This document shows, in pieces, positions 1-10,019 of a DNA stretch of 64,000 bases; position 1 is the first letter of the stretch; each line of letters starts with the position of its first letter. The notes beneath the pieces are model-generated. The model saw only the letters and a list, made by a program, of their open reading frames with translations. It was not told the origin of the DNA and did not search any database. The stretch comes from Eubacteriales bacterium (GTDB lineage: Bacteria; Bacillota; Clostridia; Oscillospirales; CAG-272). The position numbers and the translations under genes are program-made. The stretch covers positions 14,545 through 78,544 of the forward strand of contig JAZKZO010000038.1 in assembly GCA_045612665.1 (NCBI GenBank), in the 5' to 3' direction.

Positions 1-481
1 TGCGATAACCAAAGTCAAAACTATGAGTGCGATAATAAATACGGCAACGAATGCGATGACGGTTGAAATAAGCATAGAAAGCGAGCCACCGATACGCTCA
101 GCCAAGGCGACAACCGCCTCATCAGGGATTGTTTCGATAGCACCGATGTTTCCTTCAATTTCGGTCAAATCAAGACCGAATTTAGAAAGGAGATTGAATG
201 CCACCGGAAAATCCTCATAAAGAGTTACGAGGTTAAAGGTAGGATCAGAGCCACCTCTTGAAGCCATAAGAGAATCATATACCCAATTATAAGCGACATT
301 TTTCATAAACATAGAGTCTACGAATCTTGCAGCCGGTGCTCTTAAAACGTATGCGATACCGATAGCAACAAATGCCTTTACGGAATCAAGAACTGATTTT
401 ACAAATCCAATTCGTGCGTGTCTAATAGCGAATATGACTGCCATTAAAAGTATTACGCCGTCTATTATTAATCCTGTCATA
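1..481 (-). CDS. CvpA family membrane protein, N-terminal part (C-terminus runs off the window start)
   Basis: Absent from the ORF track because there is no stop before position 1. Manual translation from ATG 481..479 gives MTGLIIDGVILLMAVIFAIRHARIGFVKSVLDSVKAFVAIGIAYVLRAPAARF..., the same N-terminal pattern as the neighbouring paralog at 625..1356. AGGAAA RBS lies just upstream. Confidence 0.6.
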
Positions 482-531
482 GCTTTTCCTTTCTAAATTT
501 AATTAACGCGTGCACATAGTTATACATAATA

Positions 532-560
532 ATTATATATTTATTTTTGTTACTTGTCAA
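532..560 (-). promoter_or_regulatory. sigma-A type promoter for the CvpA paralog at 1..481
   Basis: Minus strand reads TTGACA (560..555), 17 nt, TATAAT (537..532). Both hexamers are perfect consensus. Confidence 0.6.
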
Positions 561-586
561 TAGTATGCGCAAAATAAATAGATATA

Positions 587-620
587 AAAAAAGATTTTCG
601 CGAGGTGCGAAAATCTTTTG
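587..620 (-). terminator. intrinsic terminator after CvpA paralog 625..1356
   Basis: Hairpin aaaagattttcgc / gcgaaaatctttt with a 5-nt loop, followed by a U-run on the minus strand. Confidence 0.65.
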
Positions 621-624
621 TTTG

Positions 625-1356
625 TTATTTTCCTATTACGATGTTCTTTAAAACCTGCCATATATTATGCTCGTGGAAGAAGTTAAGGAATAGTGAGTTC
701 GTTATTATATCTCCACTGAATATATCCGCATTGTATCCTGCGCCAAAGCCGATAATCCAAATAACGGCAGTTGAAAGAAGGAGCGAGATAGCAAATGAGA
801 AAAGTCCACCAATGCAAGCGCCGAGCAATATGTTGATAAACTTGATAACAGGAAGCTTTCCTGCCTTGTTGAGAAGCACTCCTACAAGCAAAAGAAGAAG
901 CTCAACAACAATGAATATCACAATTACTGCAACGATTGTCGAAATAAGCGATGAAAGAAGTGAGCCAACGCTGTTCGAGAACTGCTCTACCACCTCGATA
1001 GGTGCGCCCTCTCCGCTATGGAAATATTTTTGAATTGTTTCCTCATCAGCGCCTGAACGCATAAGAATGTTTGTAAACCAATCGGGAACACCGTCAAAGA
1101 GCGTATGTAGGTGATAAACGCCCGTTCCGTCGTCAGTTGAGAGAAATGCGTTATGAACCCATCCGGTTGCAAGTCCTCTAAATATCTTTTCATCAAAAAG
1201 TCCTGCAAGAGGAGCATTGAAAAGATAAGCCAAGAAAACCGCAAGAATGGTTCTAGCAAACGCCATAAACGATTTTATAAAGCCTCGCGATGCATTTCTG
1301 ATAATCAAAATCAAGCAAATAATCGCGAAAACGATATCGATAATTAAGCTTACCAT
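625..1356 (-). CDS. CvpA family membrane protein
   Basis: ORF track 243 aa. N-terminus MVSLIIDIVFAIICLILIIRNASRGFIKSF and several hydrophobic segments fit the colicin V production (CvpA) family pattern. Confidence 0.7.
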   Translation of the reverse strand: MVSLIIDIVFAIICLILIIRNASRGFIKSFMAFARTILAVFLAYLFNAPLAGLFDEKIFRGLATGWVHNAFLSTDDGTGVYHLHTLFDGVPDWFTNILMRSGADEETIQKYFHSGEGAPIEVVEQFSNSVGSLLSSLISTIVAVIVIFIVVELLLLLVGVLLNKAGKLPVIKFINILLGACIGGLFSFAISLLLSTAVIWIIGFGAGYNADIFSGDIITNSLFLNFFHEHNIWQVLKNIVIGK

Positions 1357-1430
1357 TTGTGAATTTATATTCCTTTCGGCCCATCCGAGCCACGAGTAAA
1401 ATTAAACAGTTTAAATAAGTTTGTGTATAT

Positions 1431-1459
1431 ATTATACAATCTTTTTCGGCATTTGTCAA
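1431..1459 (-). promoter_or_regulatory. sigma-A type promoter for CvpA paralog 625..1356
   Basis: Minus strand reads TTGACA (1459..1454), 17 nt, TATAAT (1436..1431). Confidence 0.6.
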
Positions 1460-1468
1460 TAGCCGATA

Positions 1469-2227
1469 TTATTTATAGAAAATTTTCTTTAAATAAAGTC
1501 CGTCGGGCTTGGCTGTACCACCTGCATTTTTTCTATCGCGAAGATTGATAATCCACGGAATCGTGTTTTCGTTTATCTTCCCCTTTTCGATATCAAGAAG
1601 CGTTCCAACCATAATTCTAACCATATTGTAAAGGAAGCCGTCGGCTACCACATGAAACTCGACGATATTGCCCTTTCTTGTTAAGTAGCTCTTATAAACC
1701 GTCCTTGTGGTATCCTCGATTTGAGAGCCACTTGACATAAATGCGTCGAATTTGTGCGTGCCGATAAAATGCGATGCACCGATTTGCATTTTTTCAAGTG
1801 CCTCGTCGCTGATTTCTCTTCCGTATTCAAGAACTCTACCCGCAAGAAACGGATCACGCACGCTAGCTGTACGAATTTTGTATACGTATTCCTTTTTTAC
1901 AACACTATATCGAGGATGAAAGTCGCCGTCAACCACCTTTGCATCCAAAACGCAAATATCGCTTGGAAGCACAGAATTAAGTGCAACGGGGATTTTTTCC
2001 ATAGGAACAGTAATTTTTTCATCGGGATTTTTAGGCTCTACCGTAGCGCAAAAGCCAAGCGCGTGCACACCGCTATCGGTGCGACTGCAGCCTGTAACAT
2101 TACAGTCTATTCCAAACGCCTTTTTAGTTGCTCTATTGAGCATAAGTGCAACGGTTGGCTTATCCTTTTGAAGCTGATAGCCCATATAAGCTGTGCCAAC
2201 GTAAGAGATTGTAATGAGAATTTTCAT
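1469..2227 (-). CDS. truA: tRNA pseudouridine(38-40) synthase TruA
   Basis: The conserved start MKILITISYVGTAYMGYQLQ is at ATG 2227; the ORF-track start at 2317 overlaps ecfT. Catalytic motif CSRTDSGVHALG is present. Position after ecfT is the classical one. Confidence 0.9.
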   Translation of the reverse strand: MKILITISYVGTAYMGYQLQKDKPTVALMLNRATKKAFGIDCNVTGCSRTDSGVHALGFCATVEPKNPDEKITVPMEKIPVALNSVLPSDICVLDAKVVDGDFHPRYSVVKKEYVYKIRTASVRDPFLAGRVLEYGREISDEALEKMQIGASHFIGTHKFDAFMSSGSQIEDTTRTVYKSYLTRKGNIVEFHVVADGFLYNMVRIMVGTLLDIEKGKINENTIPWIINLRDRKNAGGTAKPDGLYLKKIFYK

Positions 2228-2240
2228 TTTTTCTCCAAAA

Positions 2241-3083
2241 TCAAATTGAATAAATGTGTGTGTAAATATTAAGAAGGATAACTCCTGCCAAAATAGCACA
2301 GGCAAAAAGGAGTCCAAGATAATCTCTTGCCTTCATTTTAAGCTTTTTCATTCTTGTTCTTCCGTTTCCACCGTGATAGCATCTACACTCCATAGCGGTA
2401 GCAAGCTCCTCTGCTCTTCTAAACGAGGAGATGAACAACGGAATTATAATTGGAATAAGTGCTTTTGCACGCTTTATGAGTCCACCGCTTGAAAAATCCG
2501 CGCCTCTCGCCTTTTGTGCGTTCATTATTTTCGAGGTTTCATCGACAAGCGTTGGGATAAAGCGAAGTGCTATTGTCATCATCATAGCAAACTCGTGAAC
2601 CGGAAGCTTTATTTTCTTGAGTGGTGCAAGAGCCATTTCAAGACCGTCTGTTAGCTCAATAGGCGTTGTTGTGTACGAGAAAAGCACGCTTGTTTCAACA
2701 ATTAAAATAACTATACGAAGCGCCAAAATTCCTGCGTTGATAAGTCCCTCAACATAAAGAGTAAGAGTCCAAAAATCAGGGATTACAACTACTGAAAAGA
2801 GTGGCTCACTCTCCGCCTTGGTCAAGAACATATTAAGAATTGCGGTAAAAATTACGATAATCACAACGGGCTTTAATCCTTTCAGGATTACTCCGAGTGG
2901 AACGCGACTTATTATAATCGTCGCAAGCATAATAGCCGTCAAAAGAACAAAGGCGTAGATTTCCTTTGCTACAAAAATCGAAACGATATACATAACCACG
3001 AAAAATAGCTTTGTTCTCGGGTCTAGCTTGTGCAAAACAGAGTTAGTTTCGTAGTATTGTCCTATACCCACGTCAAAGGACAT
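2241..3083 (-). CDS. ecfT: ECF transporter transmembrane component EcfT
   Basis: MSFDVGIGQYYETNSVLHKLDPRTK..., QKARGADF motif, multi-TM. ATG 3083 with a GGAGG RBS is preferred over the GTG at 3092. Confidence 0.9.
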   Translation of the reverse strand: MSFDVGIGQYYETNSVLHKLDPRTKLFFVVMYIVSIFVAKEIYAFVLLTAIMLATIIISRVPLGVILKGLKPVVIIVIFTAILNMFLTKAESEPLFSVVVIPDFWTLTLYVEGLINAGILALRIVILIVETSVLFSYTTTPIELTDGLEMALAPLKKIKLPVHEFAMMMTIALRFIPTLVDETSKIMNAQKARGADFSSGGLIKRAKALIPIIIPLFISSFRRAEELATAMECRCYHGGNGRTRMKKLKMKARDYLGLLFACAILAGVILLNIYTHIYSI

Positions 3084-3942
3084 TCTTGCCACCTCCCTCT
3101 TTAAGAGCTGACAATGCCTCTACTGCGCCCTCAACGGTGTAGATATCCTTCGATATGCTTACGCCCTTTTCGCGAAGTGAGGTTATAATTTTAGCAATTT
3201 CGGGAACGTCAAGTCCTGCGCTTTGCAAAAGCTTAACCTGTGAGAATACATCCTTTGGCTCGCCCTCTAAAATAAGCTTGCCGTGCGACATAACGATAAT
3301 TCTATCGCAATACATCGCCATATCCTCCATGCTGTGGCTAACGATAACGACGCTTGTGCCACTTTCTCTTTGATATTTACGAATACCGCCGAGAATTTCG
3401 CGCCTTCCTCTTGGGTCAAGACCTGCCGCAGGCTCGTCAAGAACGAGAAGCTTTGGCTCCATAGCCATTACTCCTGCGAGGGCAACTCTTCTCTTTTGTC
3501 CACCTGAAAGATCGAACGGAGATTTATCAAGAGTGTCGTCATCAAGACCGCAAAATCTTGCACTTTTAGCCACCCTGTGTTTAATTTCCTCGTCATCGAG
3601 CCCCATATTTTTCGGTCCGTATGCGATATCCTCGCGTGCGGTTTCGGCAAAAAGCTGATACTCGGGATACTGCATTACCATACCGACCTTAAAGCGAACC
3701 TTACCTATTTGCTTCGGCTTTGCCCATATGTCCTCATCGTCAACCGTAACGCGTCCGCTATCGGGTCTTATGAGGCCGTTAAACATTTGAACAAGAGTCG
3801 ATTTGCCCGATCCTGTGTGTCCAATTATGCCTGTTATTAAATTTTCCTCGATAGCTAGATCGACATTATCGAGCGCGTGAATTTCGTACGGAGATTTTTT
3901 ACCGTAAACGAAGCTTACGCCCTCAAGCTTAACTATTGACAT
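3073..3942 (-). CDS. ecfA2: ECF transporter ATPase EcfA2
   Basis: Walker A GHTGSGKST, signature LSGGQKRRVA, Walker B LLVLDEPAAGLD. It is the second ATPase in the ecfA1-ecfA2-ecfT order. Confidence 0.9.
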   Translation of the reverse strand: MSIVKLEGVSFVYGKKSPYEIHALDNVDLAIEENLITGIIGHTGSGKSTLVQMFNGLIRPDSGRVTVDDEDIWAKPKQIGKVRFKVGMVMQYPEYQLFAETAREDIAYGPKNMGLDDEEIKHRVAKSARFCGLDDDTLDKSPFDLSGGQKRRVALAGVMAMEPKLLVLDEPAAGLDPRGRREILGGIRKYQRESGTSVVIVSHSMEDMAMYCDRIIVMSHGKLILEGEPKDVFSQVKLLQSAGLDVPEIAKIITSLREKGVSISKDIYTVEGAVEALSALKEGGGKNVL

Positions 3943-3951
3943 ATCATTACC

Positions 3952-4815
3952 TTACTTGTTAAATTCCTTTTGAATAAGCTCTGCGCAGGTGTCAAAATCA
4001 TACACACCAAGCGGTATATCGAGCTTAAGCTCCTTGTTTAGCTTATAAATAAGCTCTACTGACTGGGGCACCTCAAGACCTGCCTGCCAAAGCTTTTCGA
4101 TTTGGCAAAAGACGTCGTTTGGCTTGCCCTCTAAATACTTTTCTCCGCCCTTCATAACCATTACTCGGTCTGCCATTACAGCCTCGTTCATATAGTGCGT
4201 GATTAGTATTACGGTTATTCCCTCCTCGCGATTTAAGCGAAGGATTGTATTCATTACGTCGCGTCGTCCTATCGGATCAAGCATTGCTGTTGATTCATCA
4301 AAGACGATACACTTTGGCTTCATAGCAATAATGCCCGCAATCGCAACTCTCTGCTTTTGACCGCCCGAGAGCTTATGAGGTGCGTGTCTTGCATATTCGC
4401 TCATATTTACAATCGAGAGTGCCTCATCGACTCTGCGTCGAATTTCAGTTGGCTCAACTCCGAGGTTTTCAGGTCCGAATGCAACGTCCTCTTCAACAAT
4501 TGTTGCTACGATTTGGTTGTCGGGATTTTGAAACACCATTCCGATTTTCTTACGGACATCGAGCACGTCACTCTCGCTGATTTCCTTATCGGTTATATCC
4601 TTGCCGTCTATAAATATTTTACCGTCGTTTGGCGAAAGTATCATATTCATAAGCTTTGCACAGGTTGACTTGCCCGAGCCGTTATGACCGAGAATTGCCA
4701 CGAATTCGCCCTCGTTTATCTCAAACGAGAGGTTTTTCACGGCATACAAGCCCTTTTCCTGCTCATCGCCAGGATAGGAATAGGAAACGTTCTCAAATCT
4801 TATGATAGGATTCAT
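3952..4815 (-). CDS. ecfA1: ECF transporter ATPase EcfA1
   Basis: Walker [10 protein letters not shown], signature [10 protein letters not shown], Walker [13 protein letters not shown]. Confidence 0.9.
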   Translation of the reverse strand: MNPIIRFENVSYSYPGDEQEKGLYAVKNLSFEINEGEFVAILGHNGSGKSTCAKLMNMILSPNDGKIFIDGKDITDKEISESDVLDVRKKIGMVFQNPDNQIVATIVEEDVAFGPENLGVEPTEIRRRVDEALSIVNMSEYARHAPHKLSGGQKQRVAIAGIIAMKPKCIVFDESTAMLDPIGRRDVMNTILRLNREEGITVILITHYMNEAVMADRVMVMKGGEKYLEGKPNDVFCQIEKLWQAGLEVPQSVELIYKLNKELKLDIPLGVYDFDTCAELIQKEFNK

Positions 4816-4834
4816 ATTTCTCCTTGGTGAGATT

Positions 4835-5713
4835 TTATTTTTTTGTGGCTACCCAACGCGCACTTGCGCCACACGGAAGATAGCTCTTTGTTTGCGTTAC
4901 CGGAAGTGCAAGCTCGGCTGTGCTTGACTCTCCACCGTGCTTTGCTACAATTTCAATATCAAGAACATAGCCCATTGTAAGCGCACTAAGTCCTGTGGTA
5001 TATGAGTTTATAAGGAAGAATAGCGGATCATCTGAGAGCACCTTTTCGCAAAGTGCGACAAAGTCGCAAACCGCATCCTCAAGCTTCCAAACCTCTCCAC
5101 CCGGTCCACGTCCGTATGACGGTGGGTCCATTATAACGGCATCGTATTTGTTACCGCGTCTGATTTCTCTTTCAACGAATTTACGGCAATCGTCAACGAT
5201 GTATCTAACAGGTGCATCGCCAAGACCGCTAAGTGCGAGATTTTCCTTTGCGCAAGCGACCATTCCCTTTGATGCGTCAACGTGAACTACCTGAGCGCCA
5301 GCCTTGGCACAGGCTGCAGTAGCTCCACCGGTATAGGCGAAAAGGTTGAGCACCTTTACGTCCTTGCCCTCAGCTTTTCTCTTTTGGATAAGCTCGGAGA
5401 ACCAATCCCAGTTAGCTGCCTGCTCAGGGAAAAGTCCTGTGTGCTTAAAGCCCATAGGCTTTAGTGCAAAGGTTAAATCCTTATAATTGATTGTCCACTT
5501 TTCGGGAACGTCGTTTTTTATCCAAGCGCCACCGCCCGAGCTTGAGCGACGGTAAATTCCGTGTGCGCTCTTCCAAAGCTTGTGTGCGCGCTTTCCCTTC
5601 CATATTACCTGTGGGTCGGGACGGATGAGTATGTAATTTCCCCATCTTTCAAGTCTTTCTCCGTCCGAGGTATCAAGAAGCTCATAGTCCTTCCAATTAT
5701 CTGCTACGTACAT
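4835..5713 (-). CDS. class I SAM-dependent (rRNA-type, RlmI/RlmK-like) methyltransferase
   Basis: SAM-binding motif [10 protein letters not shown] and [10 protein letters not shown] motif. Start ATG 5713 ([13 protein letters not shown]) avoids overlap with ruvC, unlike the ORF-track start at 5791. Confidence 0.75.
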   Translation of the reverse strand: MYVADNWKDYELLDTSDGERLERWGNYILIRPDPQVIWKGKRAHKLWKSAHGIYRRSSSGGGAWIKNDVPEKWTINYKDLTFALKPMGFKHTGLFPEQAANWDWFSELIQKRKAEGKDVKVLNLFAYTGGATAACAKAGAQVVHVDASKGMVACAKENLALSGLGDAPVRYIVDDCRKFVEREIRRGNKYDAVIMDPPSYGRGPGGEVWKLEDAVCDFVALCEKVLSDDPLFFLINSYTTGLSALTMGYVLDIEIVAKHGGESSTAELALPVTQTKSYLPCGASARWVATKK

Positions 5714-5720
5714 ATTGTCC

Positions 5721-6218
5721 TCACATTGTATAGAATTTGCCGAGAATATTCGAGCCTGCGTGTCCTTGGCATATCGCGATTGCAAGAGCATCGGCTGTAT
5801 CGTCGGGCTTTGGTGGCTTAGGAAGCTTTAAAATAGAGGTTACCATTGCGATTACCTGTTTTTTCTCGGCGCGTCCGTAGCCTACAACCGCCTGCTTTAC
5901 CTGAAGCGGTGTATATTCTCTTATTTTAAGTCCCTTGGAGTGGGCAGCGAGAAGGATTACTCCTCTTGCCTCGGCAACGCTAATTCCCGTCTTTTGGTTG
6001 GTGTTCCAAAAAAGCTCCTCTATTGCCATAACCTCGGGCTTGTACTTATCGATGATGATATTCATTGAATCGTAAATTTGCTTTATGCGCTCCTCAACGG
6101 GCAAGCCCGCCTTGGTTTGAATCGAGCCATAGCCCATAACTCGAAATGCGCCCTTGTGATATTCAAGCACGCCCCAACCGACTATTGCAAGTCCTGGGTC
6201 AATTCCTAAAATTACCAT
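5721..6218 (-). CDS. ruvC: crossover junction endodeoxyribonuclease RuvC
   Basis: MVILGIDPGLAIVGWGVLEY, AIEELF and DDTADALAIAIC motifs; 165 aa. Confidence 0.92.
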   Translation of the reverse strand: MVILGIDPGLAIVGWGVLEYHKGAFRVMGYGSIQTKAGLPVEERIKQIYDSMNIIIDKYKPEVMAIEELFWNTNQKTGISVAEARGVILLAAHSKGLKIREYTPLQVKQAVVGYGRAEKKQVIAMVTSILKLPKPPKPDDTADALAIAICQGHAGSNILGKFYTM

Positions 6219-6250
6219 AGCTCTCCTCCGTGCATATTTTTACATTATAT

Positions 6251-6279
6251 ATTATAGCACAATATGCGTCGCATGTCAA
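6251..6279 (-). promoter_or_regulatory. sigma-A type promoter for ruvC
   Basis: Minus strand reads TTGACA (6279..6274), 17 nt, TATAAT (6256..6251). Confidence 0.6.
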
Positions 6280-6323
6280 ATAAAATATATATTTTACGCA
6301 CGAAAAATATATTTGTATAGAGG

Positions 6324-6352
6324 TTGATTTTTTGTGCAATATGTGGTAAAAT
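6324..6352 (+). promoter_or_regulatory. sigma-A type promoter for the DUF951-yfhO-ruvAB unit
   Basis: TTGATT (6324..6329), 17 nt, TAAAAT (6347..6352), preceded by TGg (extended -10). Confidence 0.5.
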
Positions 6353-6395
6353 GATTGTGTATAGACTTTTATTTTAATGCTTGGGGGAGTGTGCT

Positions 6396-6593
6396 ATGGC
6401 TTCTATTCCTGTTATAAACGTTGGAGATATTCTCGAAATGAAAAAGACTCATCCCTGTGGGGACAAGCGCTTTAAGGTTTTGAGAGTAGGCTCTGATATA
6501 AAGCTTTCCTGTGAGGGCTGCGGTCGCACAGTTACACTCGAAAGAGTAAAGGTTGAAAAAATGATTAAAAGGATTATTGAAAATAATGGATAA
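6396..6593 (+). CDS. DUF951 family small protein (YyzM-like)
   Basis: MASIPVINVGDILEMKKTHPCGDKRFKVLRVGSDIKLSCEGCGRTVTLER has the four-Cys pattern typical of DUF951. ATG 6396 has a GGGGGAG RBS; the ORF-track start at 6381 is a TTG. Confidence 0.75.
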   Translation: MASIPVINVGDILEMKKTHPCGDKRFKVLRVGSDIKLSCEGCGRTVTLERVKVEKMIKRIIENNG

Positions 6594-9408
6594 CTCTACA
6601 ATCGCTGAAAAGAAAGGGTTTAAGGCTTGGCTTGGCAATGCTTGGGCTCGCCTTTGGTCCTTTACGAAGAGTAAAAAATATTTATATCCGTCGTTTTTGC
6701 TTCCTGTGGGAGTTATGCTCATAGTTTATGCAATCCTCGGAATTTTCCCGTTTGGTGAGCGCTCTGTTTTGACGCTCGATATGAACGCGCAATACATCTA
6801 TTACTTTGAGCAGTTACGTGATATTTTGACAGGCAACGGCTCGCTCATTTACACCTGGGAAAGAGTGCTTGGCGGTGAGTTTTTAGGCTTCTTTGCTTAC
6901 TACGTAGCCTCTCCTCTTGCCTTGCTTCTTATTTTCTTCCCACCGTCGCTTATGGTTGAGGCGGTAACGATTATGATGCTTATAAAGTGTGGCATCAGCG
7001 GAATTACCTTTGCAATTTATCTTGACAAGAGCGGAAGAAAAAGAAATGCGTATTCCTATGCTATGTTTGGCACAATGTATGCTCTTTGTGCTTATGCGAT
7101 GGCATATCAGTCAAACACAATGTGGATGGATGCGCTTATGTGGCTACCACTTCTCACTCTCGGCATTGAGTCGCTTGTGAAGGAAGGCAGATTTAAGCTA
7201 TATATCGTAATGCTTTCTCTTATCATTTGGTCCAACTACTACGTTGGATATATGGTGTGCATTTACACTCTTATCTATTTCGTTTGCTACATTTGTGCGC
7301 ACAAAACCGAGGATATAAACTCGATTGGCGAAAGATATCATCTTTTAAAGAGCCTTGCAAGGATTGCGATTGCCACGGTAGTTGCATTGCTTATGGTATC
7401 GATGGTTATCCTTTGCGCATACTACTCTATTCAATTTGGAAAGTCAAACGGCGAGATTGCCAAGCTTGATTTCAAGCTTAGATTTGATTTCCTTGACCTT
7501 ATTGCAAAATTCTTTATCGGCTCATATGACACAGTGCGTCCCGACGGACTTCCAAACGTATATTCGGGAATTTTGGCACTGTTTATGTTGCCTGCATATT
7601 TCCTTACAAAGAAAATTGCTCCGCGTGAAAAATTTGCGTACGGCACGCTCGTGCTTGTATTCATTGCATCAATGTCTATAAACGCGCTTGACCTTGCGTG
7701 GCACGGTTTCCAAATGCCTGTATGGATGAATTACCGATACAGCTTTATGCTTTCGTTTATCGTTTTAATTCTTGCATACAAGGGCTTTGAGCTTTTTGCG
7801 GAGTTCGAATATAAAACTATAATTCAAATCGGCTCGCTTTTAACTTTACTCGTTTTAGTTATCCAAAAGACGGTTTTGCTTCCAAGGCACGAGGGCTCGG
7901 ATACGACTCCTATGATGCCAAGCTATGAGCTTGTTTGGATTTCGCTTGTGTTTATCTTCATTTATCTTGCCGTTCTTTACTACAAGAAAAAGGAAAGCGT
8001 AAAAAAGATTGCCTCGGGCGTATTGCTTGGAGTCGTTGCCTTTGAGGCAGGCGTTGGCGCACTCATTAACTGGGGTGAAGAGGTAAACGACGTTGGTTGG
8101 GCAAAAAGACAGACCTACCGTGAATTTATTGATCGAATTGAGCCAACTGTTGACTACGTGCTTGAAAACGACACCTCCTTCTACCGAATGGAAAAGGCGA
8201 TTTTCAGAAAGCCAAACGAGAATTTTGCGCTTGATATAAGAGGACTTTCCGCCTCGACCTCCACCTTTAACCGTGGAGTTATGAACCTAATGAACAACTG
8301 TGGCTTCTCTGCAAGATCGCATTGGAGCAAGTATATTGAAGGAAACGAGCTTGTTGACTCAATTTTTGGAATTAAATACGTAATTTCAGATGACAAGACT
8401 CCCGTTTCTCATCTTTACATTCCAAGCGAGGGCAAGAACGGACTTACAATTTATGAAAATCCGTACTATCTCTCTATTGCTTACTGTGTAGATCCGAAAA
8501 TGAAAGATTTACCGCTTAATAACGGAAGCAACAAAAATCCTGCCGACTATCTTGAATATCTTGCTTCGGGTATGGTTGGCGAGGATGATTTGAAGTTCTT
8601 TAACAGCTGTTACTATTCCTATTTTGAAAGAGATAATTGCAGTAAATCGGGTGCTACGGGCTCTAATATTTCCTTTGCACGCTCGGATTCTAACAGAAAG
8701 GCTTCGTTTACCTTCTCCGTTACCGCTTATACATCGGGTAGTATTTATATGTATCTTATGCCAAACGGCTCTAACAAAGAGGCGAAATACTACGTAAACG
8801 GCGAGGAAGCGGGCAAGGTGTTCGGTGATGAAACCGATACTATTCAAAATCTCGGCTATCACGAGGAAGGTGAAACCATCTACGTAAAGGTTGAGTTTGA
8901 TGAAAGCAGAGTATCTCTTAACACCAAATCTCCTTTATTCTTCCAAATTAACCAAGAGCAATTTGAGGCTACCTTTAACGAGCTTAACGCAGGAGAAATG
9001 AACATTACCGACTTCTCTGACACAAGCTTCAAGGGAACGATTAATGCCGAGGAAAACGAAATCGTTATGACAACTATTCCGTACGACCAATACTGGAAGG
9101 TATATGTTGACGGAGAAAGAGTTGAAACATACAAGGTGCTTGACTGTCTTCTCGCGTTTGATATTAGCGAGGGCGAGCATACAATCGAGATGAAGTATAG
9201 CTCAAAGGTGTTTAATATCGGTCTTATTCTTGGATTTATAGGTCTTAACGCATTTGTTGTGATGTGCGTTTTTGAAAAGAAATTCAGAGAAAAAATGGGA
9301 TACGACAAGCAAATTGAGGACTCCGAAAATGTAAGCGAGCCACTTAACGAGCTTGAAAACGAAAATAAAACTGACAAAGAGGACAAAAACGATGATTTAT
9401 CATGTTGA
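6586..9408 (+). CDS. YfhO family membrane protein (polytopic, glycosyltransferase-like)
   Basis: About 940 aa and many TM segments. N-terminal LDMNAQYIYYFEQLRDILTGNGSLIYTWERVLGGEFLGFFAYYVASPL is typical of the YfhO family. ATG 6586 overlaps the DUF951 stop by 8 nt. Confidence 0.8.
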   Translation: MDNSTIAEKKGFKAWLGNAWARLWSFTKSKKYLYPSFLLPVGVMLIVYAILGIFPFGERSVLTLDMNAQYIYYFEQLRDILTGNGSLIYTWERVLGGEFLGFFAYYVASPLALLLIFFPPSLMVEAVTIMMLIKCGISGITFAIYLDKSGRKRNAYSYAMFGTMYALCAYAMAYQSNTMWMDALMWLPLLTLGIESLVKEGRFKLYIVMLSLIIWSNYYVGYMVCIYTLIYFVCYICAHKTEDINSIGERYHLLKSLARIAIATVVALLMVSMVILCAYYSIQFGKSNGEIAKLDFKLRFDFLDLIAKFFIGSYDTVRPDGLPNVYSGILALFMLPAYFLTKKIAPREKFAYGTLVLVFIASMSINALDLAWHGFQMPVWMNYRYSFMLSFIVLILAYKGFELFAEFEYKTIIQIGSLLTLLVLVIQKTVLLPRHEGSDTTPMMPSYELVWISLVFIFIYLAVLYYKKKESVKKIASGVLLGVVAFEAGVGALINWGEEVNDVGWAKRQTYREFIDRIEPTVDYVLENDTSFYRMEKAIFRKPNENFALDIRGLSASTSTFNRGVMNLMNNCGFSARSHWSKYIEGNELVDSIFGIKYVISDDKTPVSHLYIPSEGKNGLTIYENPYYLSIAYCVDPKMKDLPLNNGSNKNPADYLEYLASGMVGEDDLKFFNSCYYSYFERDNCSKSGATGSNISFARSDSNRKASFTFSVTAYTSGSIYMYLMPNGSNKEAKYYVNGEEAGKVFGDETDTIQNLGYHEEGETIYVKVEFDESRVSLNTKSPLFFQINQEQFEATFNELNAGEMNITDFSDTSFKGTINAEENEIVMTTIPYDQYWKVYVDGERVETYKVLDCLLAFDISEGEHTIEMKYSSKVFNIGLILGFIGLNAFVVMCVFEKKFREKMGYDKQIEDSENVSEPLNELENENKTDKEDKNDDLSC

Positions 9409-10006
9409 CGGTTCGCTTGACCTTTGCGAGGTTGGCGGATGCGTAATCGACTGCTGTGGCGTGGGATATAGATTAGCCATTAGCGACAACACGTATTCGG
9501 CAATTTGCGCACACGTAGGTGAGCGAATGAAGCTTTTAACATATTTACAGGTACGCGAGGACGGAGTTGAGCTTTTTGGCTTTAAGGATGCCGACGAGCT
9601 TGGTGCATTCAAGCTTCTTATAACCGTTTCGGGTGTTGGTCCGAAGGCTGCATTATCTATTCTCTCTCTATTCACCTATGACAAGCTTTACGGTGCAATT
9701 TGTGCCGAGGATACAAAGGCTATCGCGCGTGCAAACGGCATTGGTGCTAAAACTGCGGCGCGTGTTGTGCTTGAGCTTCACGACAAGGTTTCAAAGCTTT
9801 ACTTCTCATCGGGCATATCGGCTACACCTAGCGCTGTCGGTGGTAACACTACTATCGTTAAGGGCAAGGGCAATCTCGGTGAAGCGCTTGATGCTCTTAT
9901 TGTTCTTGGATACGGACGCACTGAGGCGCAAAGAGCGCTTTCGGGCATTGATCCAACGCTTAGTGTTGAAAAAATCATTCCGCTTGCTTTGGCGAAGCTT
10001 ATTTAA
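9392..10006 (+). CDS. ruvA: Holliday junction DNA helicase subunit RuvA
   Basis: MIYHVDGSLDLCEVGGCVIDCCGVGYRLAIS and HhH region VSGVGPKAALSILS. ATG 9392 with an AAGAGGA RBS overlaps the yfhO 3' end by 17 nt. Confidence 0.9.
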   Translation: MIYHVDGSLDLCEVGGCVIDCCGVGYRLAISDNTYSAICAHVGERMKLLTYLQVREDGVELFGFKDADELGAFKLLITVSGVGPKAALSILSLFTYDKLYGAICAEDTKAIARANGIGAKTAARVVLELHDKVSKLYFSSGISATPSAVGGNTTIVKGKGNLGEALDALIVLGYGRTEAQRALSGIDPTLSVEKIIPLALAKLI

Positions 10007-10019
10007 GGTGGTGTAAAAG

